Counted from the stretch's first letter, positions 40,995 to 52,666 are shown. The stretch is 64,000 nucleotides of DNA from an uncultured cyanobacterium (GCA_963710605.1 CAVQBA010000002.1:184785-248784), one strand, 5' to 3'. Notes: generated from the sequence alone by a model not told the origin. A program made the numbers and translations.

Positions 40995-43190
40995 ATGACT
41001 AATTGGCTACCTTCTGCACAAGAGTATTTAAAGAATAAAGATTACGATAACGTAGTTAGTTTATACGAAAATATAATTGCTAATGAACCAGAAACGATCG
41101 ATCATTATTTTTATCTGGGATTAGCTTATCTACTGCAAAAAGAAGAAGAAGAGGCTCAAAACACTTGGTTTTACGTTTTTTGTCAAGCAGATGAAGAAGA
41201 AACTGTTTTATGGCAAAAAATGTTAATCGATATTTTAGATACAGAAGCAAATTCTCAAGATGATAATCAAACAGCTCAACTAATTCGTTTTCATCTTCAA
41301 CAAATTGCTCCTGATAATTTAAACAATGTACTCTATTTGGTTCAATTACAATTATCAAATAAATCATTTGACTTTAAAAGATTACATGAATGGGATGTTT
41401 TTACCTTATTGTCAGAAACTACTGTAAAAGAATATGATTATGTTCTTTTGATAAATGTATTAATTGAAATTCTACAAATTCCTTATGCTGAGAGTATCGA
41501 TTTTTTACGTTTGAGTTTGAAGATAATATCTCAATCAGAGAATTTATTGAAACAGTCAGTTGCTCAGATAGTTTATGTAGGAAATAAATTAGGATATAAT
41601 CCAAGCAAAATTCTTCACGGGGCTAATATTTTAGAAGAATGTCTGGTATATGAGCCTAATAACATAGATATAGTAAGAGATTTATATTTAATTTACAAAT
41701 GTTGTTGCAAGTGGGAAAAAAGCTTAGAGTATCATTTACTTTTAGATAATCTTTCTTTAACTTTACCTCAGCAATTACACAGTAAGTTCTTGAGATTAAA
41801 TCTTTGTTTAACAATGTCTGATTGGAATAATGTAGGGGTAATATACGATGAATATAAACATTTGTTACTGAAAATGATCGAAGAAAATCCGATCATAGAA
41901 GATGAGTTTGTTAGAGATTGCTTTTTAGTCATAACACAACCGATATTGTATATTCAAGATAATCAATCAGAAAATCGTCATCTAATCAATCATTTTGCCA
42001 AGATTTTTCAATCTCACGCTCAATCGCATATTTGTTGCCCTGTAGATTTTATTCCCTCTCAAAGGCTAACTACTAACAAAAAATTGAAAATAGCTTATTT
42101 AGGGCATACTTTACGCACACATTCTGTCGGTTTATTGAGTCGCTGGTTAATGCAACATCACGATCGAAAGAAGTTTGAAGTTTATACTTATCTATTAAAT
42201 CAAAAAGAAGACGAAATAACTCAAAAGTGGTTCAAAGAAAAAGCAGATGTTTGTCGTCATTTACCACGAAATACGAGATTTTCACTGGCACAAATAAAAG
42301 AAGACGAAATTGATATTCTCATTGATTTAGATAGTTTAACTCATAACTTGACTAATTTAATTATGTCCCTTAAACCCGCTCCAGTACAAATAACTTGGTT
42401 AGGTTTAGACGCTACAGGAATACCAAATATTGATTACTTTGTGGCGGATGATTATGTATTGACAGATGATGCTCAAGAATATTATCAAGAAAAAATATGG
42501 CGTTTACCAAACTGTTATTTAGGAGTTGATGGCTTTGAAGTCGATGTAGCTAATATTTCACGGCAAGAATTAGATGTACCTACTGATGCGGTAGTTTATC
42601 TGAATATGCAAAATTCTTTAAAACGTCATCCTGATATGATTCATCTGCAAATGAAAATTATTAAAGCTGTACCTAATAGTTATTTATTTATCAAAGGTAA
42701 TGGCGATCAAAAAGTGCTTAAAGAATTATTTATTAGTATTGCTCAACAAGAAGCAGTTGAAGAAAACAGATTAAGATTTTTACCTCAAACACCGACAGAA
42801 GCCATTCATCGAGCTAATTTAAAAATAGCTGATGTAGTTTTAGATACCTATCCTTATAATGGAGCAACCACAACACTCGAAACTTTATGGATGGAAGTAC
42901 CTTTAGTAAGCAGAGTAGGAGAACAATTCGCCGCTCGTAATAGTTATACTTTCATGAAAAATGCAGGTATCACCGAAGGAATTGCCTGGAGTGATGAAGA
43001 ATATATTGATTGGGGCATAAAGTTAGGTACGGATGAACAATTGAGAAAAGAAGTGAGTTGGAAACTTAAACAGTCGAAAAAAACATCACCGTTATGGAAT
43101 GGTAAGCAATTTACTAAAGAAATGGAAAAGGCTTATCAACAAATGTGGAAAATTTATGTTGATGAGAAAAAAAAGAAAGATAGTAATTAA
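40995..43190 (+). CDS. O-GlcNAc transferase-like protein, SPINDLY family (GT41)
   Basis: TPR N-terminus, KIAYL...HSVG, KPAPVQITWLG, DVVLDTYPYNGATTTLETLW. Confidence 0.9.
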   Translation: MTNWLPSAQEYLKNKDYDNVVSLYENIIANEPETIDHYFYLGLAYLLQKEEEEAQNTWFYVFCQADEEETVLWQKMLIDILDTEANSQDDNQTAQLIRFHLQQIAPDNLNNVLYLVQLQLSNKSFDFKRLHEWDVFTLLSETTVKEYDYVLLINVLIEILQIPYAESIDFLRLSLKIISQSENLLKQSVAQIVYVGNKLGYNPSKILHGANILEECLVYEPNNIDIVRDLYLIYKCCCKWEKSLEYHLLLDNLSLTLPQQLHSKFLRLNLCLTMSDWNNVGVIYDEYKHLLLKMIEENPIIEDEFVRDCFLVITQPILYIQDNQSENRHLINHFAKIFQSHAQSHICCPVDFIPSQRLTTNKKLKIAYLGHTLRTHSVGLLSRWLMQHHDRKKFEVYTYLLNQKEDEITQKWFKEKADVCRHLPRNTRFSLAQIKEDEIDILIDLDSLTHNLTNLIMSLKPAPVQITWLGLDATGIPNIDYFVADDYVLTDDAQEYYQEKIWRLPNCYLGVDGFEVDVANISRQELDVPTDAVVYLNMQNSLKRHPDMIHLQMKIIKAVPNSYLFIKGNGDQKVLKELFISIAQQEAVEENRLRFLPQTPTEAIHRANLKIADVVLDTYPYNGATTTLETLWMEVPLVSRVGEQFAARNSYTFMKNAGITEGIAWSDEEYIDWGIKLGTDEQLRKEVSWKLKQSKKTSPLWNGKQFTKEMEKAYQQMWKIYVDEKKKKDSN

Positions 43191-43383
43191 CTAATGTTCG
43201 AGTATAAAGGATTCAATTTAAGTTTGTAATCTTCTCAATGTCAGTATCAGGATTTGACAAGATTATAAGATTTACAGGATTTTTTTTCATCAGATATCTT
43301 TTAATAATTGTTATAAATAAGGTTAAAACCCTCATTTCAATTGTCACTATGATAATTTGAAATACTTAAACTAAGGTAAAACG

Positions 43384-43939
43384 ATGGATTTACTCACCAG
43401 AAAGTTTTCAGTAGCAGAATACCATAAGATGGCTCAGGTTGGTATTTTTAGCGAAGACGATCGTCTAGAATTAATCAAAGGGGAAATTATCAAAATGTCG
43501 CCAGTTGGCTTTAAACACGCTTCTACAGTTAAAAAGTTAAATTACTTATTTACTGAAAAATTAGGTAATCAAGCAATTATTGGAGTTCAAGAATCCGATT
43601 AAGTTAAATGATAATTCTGAGCCACAACCTGATTTAGTGATACTAAAGCCTCGTGACGATTTTTATGCAACAGGACATCCGCAACCAGAAGATATATTAT
43701 TGTTAGTTGAAGTAGCCGATAGTACGATTAATTTCGATCGTCAAGTTAAGTTACCTCTTTATGCTCAAAACAAAATAGCTGAAGTCTGGATTGTTGATTT
43801 AAACGATCGATACCTTGAAATATATCAAAATCCTCAAGATAATTATTACCAAAAAATGATTAAAATGTCAAGTAAAGATAATGTTAATCTGCTTGATTTT
43901 TCTTCGGCAAATATTAATATTTCTGATTTATTTATCTAA
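43384..43939 (+). CDS. Uma2-family endonuclease, +1 frameshift near 43592
   Basis: 556 nt (3n+1). FSVAEYHKM...ELIKGEII joins SEPQPD...LVEVADST...KLPLYA. Confidence 0.85.
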
Positions 43940-44084
43940 TAATTAATAAATTAAAACGTTTAACCTCTCCTAGCCCCTCCTAACTAATTCGTCAACTACT
44001 ATACAAGAACATAAGTACTATGTGGCGGAATCAATCCTTTTTAATTGAAGTCCCCCTTACTAAGGGGGATTTAGGGGGATTAGA

Positions 44085-45042
44085 CTATTCAGATAACTTA
44101 CTTTCTAACATCGCCTTAACTAACTCAGGCATAGTATAATTAGCTTGCCAACCTAAAATTGTTTTGGCTTTTTGCGGGTTTCCTTTACTAATAGATAAAT
44201 CAGTCGGGCGTAATAATTGCGAATTTACCGTGACATAATCTTGCCAATCAAGCCCCACGTAATTAAATGCTTCGCTGACAAATTCTTCCAAAGAATAACT
44301 AACCCCCGTCGCCACAACATAATCATCTGGTATATCTTGTTGTAACATGAGATACATCGCTTCTACATATTCAGGTGCCCAACCCCAATCTCTTTTAATT
44401 TTGAGATTACCTAGGTATAATCGATCGGCTTTTTTCTGGTAAATTTGACAAACAGTATCAATTATTTTTTGGGTGACAAATCGTTTTGGTCGTAATGGAC
44501 GATTCATGGTTAAATAGAATACCAGAACAAGCAAAAAGATGATAGGCTTCTCGATAATTTGCTACTTCCCAAAAAGCAGTTGCTTTAGCTACAGCATAAG
44601 GGCTACGAGGACGAAATGGTGTTGTTTCATCGGCTGGTTTGTCTCCGATATCACCAAAACATTCACTTGAACTAGCATTATAAAATTTAATCGGTTTCCC
44701 TGTAAATCTAATCGCTTCTAAAATATTTAATGTGCCTCTAGCGATACTATCTAAAGTTTCCACGGGTTGTGCAAAAGACAAGCCAACAGAAGATTGCCCT
44801 GCTAAATTATAAATTTCATCTGGCTCAAATTTAACAATGACTTGTAAGACGCTACGAAAGTCGTTTAAAGCCATTGATTCAAGTTGGACTTTATCTTTGA
44901 TTTGGAGATAAACTAAATTTTTAAAACTAGATTGCTCAGCGTCTCTTGATGTGCCACAAACAAGATAATTTTTATTTAATAATAGCTTTGCTAAATACGC
45001 TCCATCTTGCCCTGAAATTCCACAAATCAATGCTTTTTTCAT
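44085..45042 (-). CDS. gmd: GDP-mannose 4,6-dehydratase, +1 frameshift near 44500
   Basis: 958 nt (3n+1). GISGQDGAYLA, SPYAVAK, RDWGWA; removing one base restores NHESPLRP. Confidence 0.9.
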
Positions 45043-45204
45043 TTTTTTTATACTTTAAATTGATATTCTAAAAAGGTTTATGTAGCAAATTTTTAGGTTA
45101 ATGTTAGAGGTTTAAACCACCCCTAACCCCTCCTTTTAAAGGAGGGGAATTCTGATGTGAAGCGTTAAACATCTATGTGACGTTTATTCACTGCCATAAA
45201 TCAA

Positions 45205-48200
45205 TTAGTTTTTTTGAGCGATCGAATTAGGTAATATTTCAGGTAAAGATTCACAAGCTAAATCTATTTTTTGCTTGATTAAACCCTCTAAACTTTGCCA
45301 TTGAGAAGAAGTAAAATCAACAAAACTCACATTAATAGTTTCATCTAATTCTATGCCTTCAACTAACATTAAATTCATCGCTACCTCAGCAAAGAATAAA
45401 CCAACTTCTTCACTATCTGCTTGACTGACATCTACTAACAAAGTCGTGTTTTCTTCCTCACCATTAGCTATTATCTGAGTTAGTACATCACTAAGAGCGA
45501 GAAATAACTCTTCTTCAGGTGTTTTCCAATCAGGAAAGATAACGTAGTTATTACCATTGCTATTGATACTAACTATCTCCTCATTAGTATCTAGTTGATT
45601 AATTACTTCTATATTTTCGTTAACTAAATTAATTTTGGCTGTAATTTTAGGTAGTAAATTATTCCATTGTTGCGAATCTAATTCGTCTATAAAAATGACA
45701 TTGAAAATATTCTCAATATCTAATTCTTCTTCTAACATTAAATTCATCGTAATACCCGATAAGATTAAATTAGCATCTTCTTCATCTATACCAGTCGTGT
45801 TAATCAACAAAGTGATTACTTGTTCAGCTTGAGTTTGCTCATCAAATGAGGGAGTAGCTAAATTATAAAGTAAAGTACTTAATTCAATCGATAACTCTTC
45901 TTCATCAGCTTCCCAATTAGGAAAAATCAAATAATTCGTTTGAGTTAATTCAAAATCAGGTTGAATAGTATTTAGTAAACTCTGTTTGACAATTTCTGCC
46001 ATTTTTGACCAAGAAAATTGTTGAGCTTGTTGTAAACCTTTAGTAATTAAACTTCGTCTTAAACGGGGTTTTTGCACTTCACATAAAGCATCAGCCATAG
46101 CCTCAATATCATTATCGTTTACATATATAACAGCTTCTCCTCCAACTTCAGGTAGCGAAGCATTAGGAGTAGTAATTACAGGGCAACCACAAGCCATCGC
46201 CTCGGCTACAGGCATCCCAAAACCTTCATATTTAGAAGGGTAAACTAAAGCAACTGCACCTGCATAAGCGAGTCTTAATTCTTCGTCAGTTAATTGCAAA
46301 CCATGAAAAGTACATCCTTGAGTATATTCTCGCCATTGAGGAGGGAGTTGGCTACCTGCACCTGTCGCTACTATATCAAAAGCTGTTTTATTAATTAATT
46401 GGGAAAAGGCTTGGAAAAAGAGAATTGCATTTTTGTAACCTCCTAAACCACCTAACAAGAAATAAGGTTTGTTAATACCATATCGATGCTTAAAATTATT
46501 AATTTCGTTTGCTTTTACGGGAGAAAAAAGACGATCGACTCCGCAATGGGCTACAGTAATAGAATTTAAAGGTATCTGAGGAAAAAACTGATTAATATCT
46601 TTGGCAGTATTTTTAGAAATAGAAATAAAAGCAGAAGCATAATCGATTGCTTTATGTTTTTCTTGCCACATTGGTTCGCTAAGATCGGCTTTGACAACTT
46701 CTGGTATCATGTCATAAGCCATAAATACAGAGGGTGTATCAATCGGTGTGGTGTAATAAGTTGAAATAAATAATTCTGCTTTTTCCTCGTGGCAAATTTG
46801 TTGTAACAGTTGTCGATCGCGATCGGTGTTATTGTAATCGTAGGGATGAATCGATCGATAACGAATACCATTAATTTTAGGTGCAGTATTTGCTCTATCT
46901 AAAACCAAAATATGATTCGCAAATTCAGTATTAGCCCATTGCTGTAAAAGTGATTTCCAAACTCTAGCTATTCCTGTTTTATAGAGTTGAAAAAATACTC
47001 CGTCAATAAGAATAATCGGTGGTTTTAATTCAGGAGTATCGACTAATTGACTAGTGCTTGATGAACTATCTTTTGAGAGTAATTTATTAACTACTTGAGT
47101 AAAATCAGAGGATAACAGCGATTGTTTATTCGGTGAGGATAATTGACCTGTTTTTATGATGTCAAATAAATTATCGGGTAAGTTTTTGTTAGTACTTAAT
47201 AGATGTAGAGAACTTCCATCTGTATAAAGTTTAAGATTATATTTTACCGCTAATATTTCTAATGATTGTTTAGTATAAATACTAATATGTTGACCTTCGT
47301 GAGGGGTATAGTACCACCATTGATTTGGTTTTGGATTATTTTTTGGTAATAATGATGTACTAAATAATATATTCGGAGCTAGTTTGATTAATTCTTCTAA
47401 TTCTTGTAGAGGATTAGCGAAGTGTTCAAATAGCTCAAAAGTAGTTAATAATAATACCTGAGATTTATCTTTTTCCGTTAATTCAAAACCTGTCGCAAAC
47501 ATATTTTGACAATATTTATCTTGCCAATAAAAATCAAAACCTTGATCTCTCATTAATCTGACAAAAAGACCATAACCACCACCATAATCTAAAAATTTGG
47601 CTTCGTGATCAAAGTAGTTAAATAGTAATTTACTCGTAATATTAGCCATCATATTATTACGATAGACTAAACCTACATCGCTAGTAGCGATCGCCTCTGA
47701 ATAAGCTTCTTCTAACCAATAAGGTTCTTCTGTTTGCACAAAGCCACAATGAGAACATTGAAAATAATTCACATCGTATTTCTGCAACATTTTTGCTTTA
47801 GCAAAATAAACAGAATCCGAAGCACATACTTTACATTTTTGCGTATCTATTTTTGTTGGGGATAATTTTGAAACTGCACAGCTAAACTGTGTTTGCTCAG
47901 TAAAATCATCTGCTTCAATATTTCTAACCACGGAGGGAGGATGTTGAAGGGGAAAATTTAATTCTTGGACAGGGATATTTGCAAGTGGACTATCTTGCAT
48001 AGTTGTATGAGTACCCGAACCAAAGCCAATATTAGAGATAAGATTTACTTCAGGTAAGATACACAATCCTTTATTTGCCCAAAGAGTAAACACCCAAATA
48101 TAAGCCCAACTACTAAAACCGTCATAAACGGATTGAAATATTTTTGACCAATAAGCTGTTGCTTTTTCATTTTCTAATAAATCATAGAGCCAACTACTAT

Positions 48201-51200
48201 CCTTTAATTGCTCCCACTGAGCCATTGAATCATCATTTTTGGTCCAAGCACTTCGCCAAGTTGCCCAACCCCAGACATGAGCATAACGGGAAAAATAATA
48301 GCTATATTCGCTTCTTTTTCTTCCAAATTGAAAATTATCGCCTGAAATCATCATAATTCTTTCTTCATGACGATATTTATCTAATAATTCCTGACAATAA
48401 CGGAAGAAAGTGGGATGAGGTAAACAATCATCTTCTAAAATTATTGCTTCTTCTACTTGCTCAAATATCCAATCTAATCCACTACTAACTCTTCGACGAC
48501 AACCCAAATTAACATCAGAGTAATTTGTTAATACTTCACATTCCCAGTCAACTCGATCGATAACCGCTTTTGTTTGTTCGCACAATTCGGCTTCTCCTTC
48601 TTTCTCTTCTCTTGCACCATCAGCAACTACCAATAGTTTTGGTGGCTTAGCTTGACGAATAGCTTCAAATACTTTTTGAGTAGTATCGGGGCGATTAAAT
48701 ACTAACATAGCAACAGGAGTTGTTAACTGCCAATTATCCTCAACTTCCGCAGATTGAAGCCCTTGTTGATAGTCTTCCACATTGTCTTCTCTAAACAGAG
48801 TTTCACTTGCCCAAGGCTCGAAGGGAATTAGTTTTTTCACTGCTAAATTAGGACGCATAAAAATGTTAGCTTTTTGGTTTAACATCGAAGAAGCGAAAGA
48901 AAAAGAGCTATTAGAAATTGCTAATACATCACATTGACTTAATAAGTAAAAATCGGGGTAAAAATTGGCTTGAGGTAACTCGCAATCTAAATCTTGAACT
49001 GTTACAGGATTATAATCACTAAAATCATCTTTTACTTTATCGATTTCATCACTGGCAATAAACAGAACAGGTTCATCTAAAGTTGACCATATTTCTTTGA
49101 GCCATTTTAAATACCATTGATTAGGGGCTACAAAAAAATGTTTATAGCCATAATCGCCTCTTCTTAGATGTATTCCAACTAATGTTTTACCTCTTTTTTG
49201 TAGATTCTTTAAAGCTGATGTTACTATTTCTTTAGCTTCACCCTTTGGCTCAAATAAAGAACGAAAATAATTTTTATAGGGTTCGTAATATCTGGTGTTG
49301 TACTGAAAATATCCCCAAAAATCTACATTATCAAATATTTTTATCGTGTTAGGGATTATCGCTTCTGTAATATTATGATTTGTTTCATAAAAAACAGGTA
49401 GTTTCTGAGATATTAGTGAGTCGTTATGTCCAAATATAGTTTGACCAATCCAAGTTGGTGTCTCTACTTGTAGATTATTTTCTTTCGCATATATTTTAAG
49501 AAAAGCATATTGAAAAATTTGATTGGCAAATCTACCATTATTTCCCAATGTTGACATTGTTATAACGGGCTTTTTGATATAAAAAGCATCTCCCCAAGAT
49601 GGATGATAAGGTGTAGTAGTTGCTATTCTTTTAAAATTACGATCGTCTAAAAAGTTATCTATCTCATCGATTAAAGCACACCCAGCGTAAAGTTCTTCAT
49701 AGTTAATTTCGGTATTGATTGCTTCTATATATTTGAGTGTATTTTGCGCACCCTCAAATGCTAAAAGTTCTGCGCCTTGAATATCAATGTTAATAAGATT
49801 GAACTGAGCTGGATCGAGCTGAGAATCTTCCAACAAGGTATCGAGTGTTTTGCAAGTGACAGTGATTTGTTGTGTTTCAGTGATTGTTGGGTAAATTTCT
49901 TGGCATACTTTTAATGGTAGAATCGAGCTACTTTGATCCATTGATGTGACGTGGAGAGTTGCTGTACCGTTCTTATTTCCTATAGCACAACAAACTGCTT
50001 TAACATTAGGGTAATTTGCTATCTGTTGCTTTAATCTTTCAAATACAACGGGATTAGCTTCAATAAAGAGAATTTGTTCTACTCCCATTTTTAAATAGGT
50101 TTGTAATTCTTTCCCTTCATGTGCACCAATATGAATTATCCCTTTTGGTTTGATTTTGTTTTCAACACATAATTCATCTAAAGAAAGCATTTGAGGCTTT
50201 TCTCCTAAGAGAATAGATTTAAAGCGTTCATTAACTAATAAAAAATTACTATATTCAAAGTTTTCATACTGCGACAAAAATTCTGGCCAATATACCAAAT
50301 TATTTTCATTTATTTTCCACAGAGAATATCTAAATTTTTGAACATAATCAAATACTTGTTGAAGAGTAATATTAGAGTCTTTAAAAGTACCACCATATTC
50401 AAACTGTACATAGTCAATCTTTCCTTTTTCTAATAATTTTTTAGCTCCGTAAAGTACATTTAATTCTCCTCCTTCTACATCAATTTTTAAAAAGTTTATT
50501 CTTTTAATTTCTGCTTTTTCACAATATGAATCTAGAGTTTGTGTCTTTACTTGTATTTCTACAGGAGGCTTTAAGTTATATTGCTTTTCTACTTCTAAGC
50601 GACGGAAAAAGGTACTCCAAGCAGGACTATCTTCGTAGTAATAAAAAGTTTGTAATTTTTTGCGATTAGAGATGGCAAGTTGTTGACAATAGACATTCTG
50701 TCTATTTGCCATATTACTTGTAAGTTGATTATAATTATCAGGAACAGGTTCAAATAGATGTAATTGTATATCTTGATGTTTATTTAAAACTGCTTGACTC
50801 CAGTTTCCTACGTTAGCACCAACATCAAAAACAACAAATTTATTTTTAATAAATTGATTAATAACGTTAATTTCCCCTCTAGTACATTCTATTTGATTAT
50901 CATTTTTAATTTCTATAGGTTGTTTGGAAACGATAATATTTCCCCACTGAAAATCAGATTTAAACAAGTTATCGAAAGTCTTATCAAGCTGTTCTGAAAA
51001 AGAAAATTTGACGGGATTCTCAACATCTGATTCATCGATAATTATCCCTTGAAGGTAACCACATTCTTTAAGAATAGTCAGACATTCATTAGTTTGAGCG
51101 ACAAATTCAGCCGACCATCCTTTATTGGCACTTTCTTTAGAATCACCACCACCATATTCAAACATAACGACTTCAGGTAAAACTGATGAGGAGATTTGTT

Positions 51201-51648
51201 TTAATTGTCTTAATATGATAACTTCAGCTCCTTCTACATCTATTTTTAAGCAAGTAATTTGCTTAATTTGAACATCAGAAATTAAACTATTAAAACTTAA
51301 GGAAGGAACTGTAACTTTTTGAGAAGATGCACCCCACCAATCAGGAACAAGAGAAGAAAGATTTGTATTTTGATTTCCTTGAAAACTGCCAATATATAAA
51401 GTTTGTTCTCCATCCACATCTGACAAACAACTTTCTAGCAAATCAATCTTATTTTGTTGACAAATATTTCTTAGTTGATCGCCCACTAATGGTTCGATAG
51501 CGATAGTTTGATAACCTAGTTGAGCAAAGAGTACACAATAAAAAGCAAATGTTCCTACACCTACTTCGATACAAACTCCTTGTTTTTCTGTATCTATTTT
51601 TGGTAAATATTCAGCTAAAAATTTTTGGCAGTAATTTTCACACTTCAT
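45205..51648 (-). CDS. Giant multidomain glycan-modifying enzyme: 3x FkbM methyltransferase, GT11, GT-A (GT2-like), class I methyltransferase, GT4, acidic C-terminal repeats
   Basis: KIDVEG x2 and NIDIQGAE; GRFANQIFQYA/HLRRGDY/NSSFS; FNRPD/ILEDDC/WGWATW; CxxC...LDYGGGYG; YEGFGMPVAEAMACG. Confidence 0.9.
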   Translation of the reverse strand: MKCENYCQKFLAEYLPKIDTEKQGVCIEVGVGTFAFYCVLFAQLGYQTIAIEPLVGDQLRNICQQNKIDLLESCLSDVDGEQTLYIGSFQGNQNTNLSSLVPDWWGASSQKVTVPSLSFNSLISDVQIKQITCLKIDVEGAEVIILRQLKQISSSVLPEVVMFEYGGGDSKESANKGWSAEFVAQTNECLTILKECGYLQGIIIDESDVENPVKFSFSEQLDKTFDNLFKSDFQWGNIIVSKQPIEIKNDNQIECTRGEINVINQFIKNKFVVFDVGANVGNWSQAVLNKHQDIQLHLFEPVPDNYNQLTSNMANRQNVYCQQLAISNRKKLQTFYYYEDSPAWSTFFRRLEVEKQYNLKPPVEIQVKTQTLDSYCEKAEIKRINFLKIDVEGGELNVLYGAKKLLEKGKIDYVQFEYGGTFKDSNITLQQVFDYVQKFRYSLWKINENNLVYWPEFLSQYENFEYSNFLLVNERFKSILLGEKPQMLSLDELCVENKIKPKGIIHIGAHEGKELQTYLKMGVEQILFIEANPVVFERLKQQIANYPNVKAVCCAIGNKNGTATLHVTSMDQSSSILPLKVCQEIYPTITETQQITVTCKTLDTLLEDSQLDPAQFNLINIDIQGAELLAFEGAQNTLKYIEAINTEINYEELYAGCALIDEIDNFLDDRNFKRIATTTPYHPSWGDAFYIKKPVITMSTLGNNGRFANQIFQYAFLKIYAKENNLQVETPTWIGQTIFGHNDSLISQKLPVFYETNHNITEAIIPNTIKIFDNVDFWGYFQYNTRYYEPYKNYFRSLFEPKGEAKEIVTSALKNLQKRGKTLVGIHLRRGDYGYKHFFVAPNQWYLKWLKEIWSTLDEPVLFIASDEIDKVKDDFSDYNPVTVQDLDCELPQANFYPDFYLLSQCDVLAISNSSFSFASSMLNQKANIFMRPNLAVKKLIPFEPWASETLFREDNVEDYQQGLQSAEVEDNWQLTTPVAMLVFNRPDTTQKVFEAIRQAKPPKLLVVADGAREEKEGEAELCEQTKAVIDRVDWECEVLTNYSDVNLGCRRRVSSGLDWIFEQVEEAIILEDDCLPHPTFFRYCQELLDKYRHEERIMMISGDNFQFGRKRSEYSYYFSRYAHVWGWATWRSAWTKNDDSMAQWEQLKDSSWLYDLLENEKATAYWSKIFQSVYDGFSSWAYIWVFTLWANKGLCILPEVNLISNIGFGSGTHTTMQDSPLANIPVQELNFPLQHPPSVVRNIEADDFTEQTQFSCAVSKLSPTKIDTQKCKVCASDSVYFAKAKMLQKYDVNYFQCSHCGFVQTEEPYWLEEAYSEAIATSDVGLVYRNNMMANITSKLLFNYFDHEAKFLDYGGGYGLFVRLMRDQGFDFYWQDKYCQNMFATGFELTEKDKSQVLLLTTFELFEHFANPLQELEELIKLAPNILFSTSLLPKNNPKPNQWWYYTPHEGQHISIYTKQSLEILAVKYNLKLYTDGSSLHLLSTNKNLPDNLFDIIKTGQLSSPNKQSLLSSDFTQVVNKLLSKDSSSSTSQLVDTPELKPPIILIDGVFFQLYKTGIARVWKSLLQQWANTEFANHILVLDRANTAPKINGIRYRSIHPYDYNNTDRDRQLLQQICHEEKAELFISTYYTTPIDTPSVFMAYDMIPEVVKADLSEPMWQEKHKAIDYASAFISISKNTAKDINQFFPQIPLNSITVAHCGVDRLFSPVKANEINNFKHRYGINKPYFLLGGLGGYKNAILFFQAFSQLINKTAFDIVATGAGSQLPPQWREYTQGCTFHGLQLTDEELRLAYAGAVALVYPSKYEGFGMPVAEAMACGCPVITTPNASLPEVGGEAVIYVNDNDIEAMADALCEVQKPRLRRSLITKGLQQAQQFSWSKMAEIVKQSLLNTIQPDFELTQTNYLIFPNWEADEEELSIELSTLLYNLATPSFDEQTQAEQVITLLINTTGIDEEDANLILSGITMNLMLEEELDIENIFNVIFIDELDSQQWNNLLPKITAKINLVNENIEVINQLDTNEEIVSINSNGNNYVIFPDWKTPEEELFLALSDVLTQIIANGEEENTTLLVDVSQADSEEVGLFFAEVAMNLMLVEGIELDETINVSFVDFTSSQWQSLEGLIKQKIDLACESLPEILPNSIAQKN

Positions 51649-51860
51649 ACAACTTTCTTCCTCTGATATCGATTATAATTAGCTTTATTTTTAAGTTACC
51701 TCATTTAAGGTAATTGACGATCGCTTTATTTAATTAAGTTTTATTACAATACGTATAAATAATTATATATTTTCTTCTCGAATCGACGATCTATTATTGT
51801 CTTAATGTAGCTGTTTTTTTATCTTTTTTTAGACTTAAAACAATCGATTAATTAAAGGGT

Positions 51861-52666
51861 ATAGTTAAGAAAAATCAACTCTTTTATAAATCTCAGTCAA
51901 AGAAATTTCCCATGATAAAGATTCTAATCCGAGGATTTCTTTTTCTTTTTTGTACTCTGTTAACACCCATTTACCTTCTTGATTTTTCGCAAATTGTTCG
52001 ATCCCATATTCGTATTGATCTATTAATATGTATTCGTGTAGTGAATCTAGAGAACGATAATACTTAAATTTTTGACCACGATCGTAATTTTGAGTTGAAA
52101 GCAAAAGAACTTCGATAATCAAAAGCGGATTGATAATAGTAGTTTTGGTATTACTTTGATAGATAGGCTTATCGGCAACTATCATTACATCAGGATAAGT
52201 ATAGATGTTATATTCAGGTATCCAGACTTTAACATCGCTCATAAATACTTCATAGTTTTTTGTTTCTATCGTTAAAGGAAATTGGCGACAAAAATTTAAG
52301 GCTATTTTATTATGATTGATTGTTCCAACAGCCAGAGCAATTATTTCTCCATTGCGATATTCACTTTTAAATTCTGCTTTTTCTTCTAAGGCTAAATATT
52401 CTTCAGGAGAATAACTTGTTTTATTTTGCTCGGAAGTTGAAACTTGTGGGGTTAAGGTTCTCATTTTTCTTCACTTTAGTCTTGTTTGTTTGATTATAAT
52501 TTTGTTCAATAATTATATTTATTACTTTAATAACTTAATTGTTCCGATTATTTTCGCTTAATAAATTTTTATCTTAACTAACTTATTTTTACTTTATAAT
52601 TTCGCTCGAGTCGTTACGGTAACCAATTCTCATCCAATATTTGTTCAATTGTGGCAAAGGGTTTTT
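51861..52666. repeat. ~806-bp direct repeat, copy 1
   Basis: Near-identical to 54785-55590 (offset 2924). Confidence 0.92.
51865..52464 (-). CDS. Uma2-family endonuclease
   Basis: YSPEEYL...SEYRNGEI, YTYPDVM, IIEVL, EYILIDQ. Confidence 0.9.
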   Translation of the reverse strand: MRTLTPQVSTSEQNKTSYSPEEYLALEEKAEFKSEYRNGEIIALAVGTINHNKIALNFCRQFPLTIETKNYEVFMSDVKVWIPEYNIYTYPDVMIVADKPIYQSNTKTTIINPLLIIEVLLLSTQNYDRGQKFKYYRSLDSLHEYILIDQYEYGIEQFAKNQEGKWVLTEYKKEKEILGLESLSWEISLTEIYKRVDFS

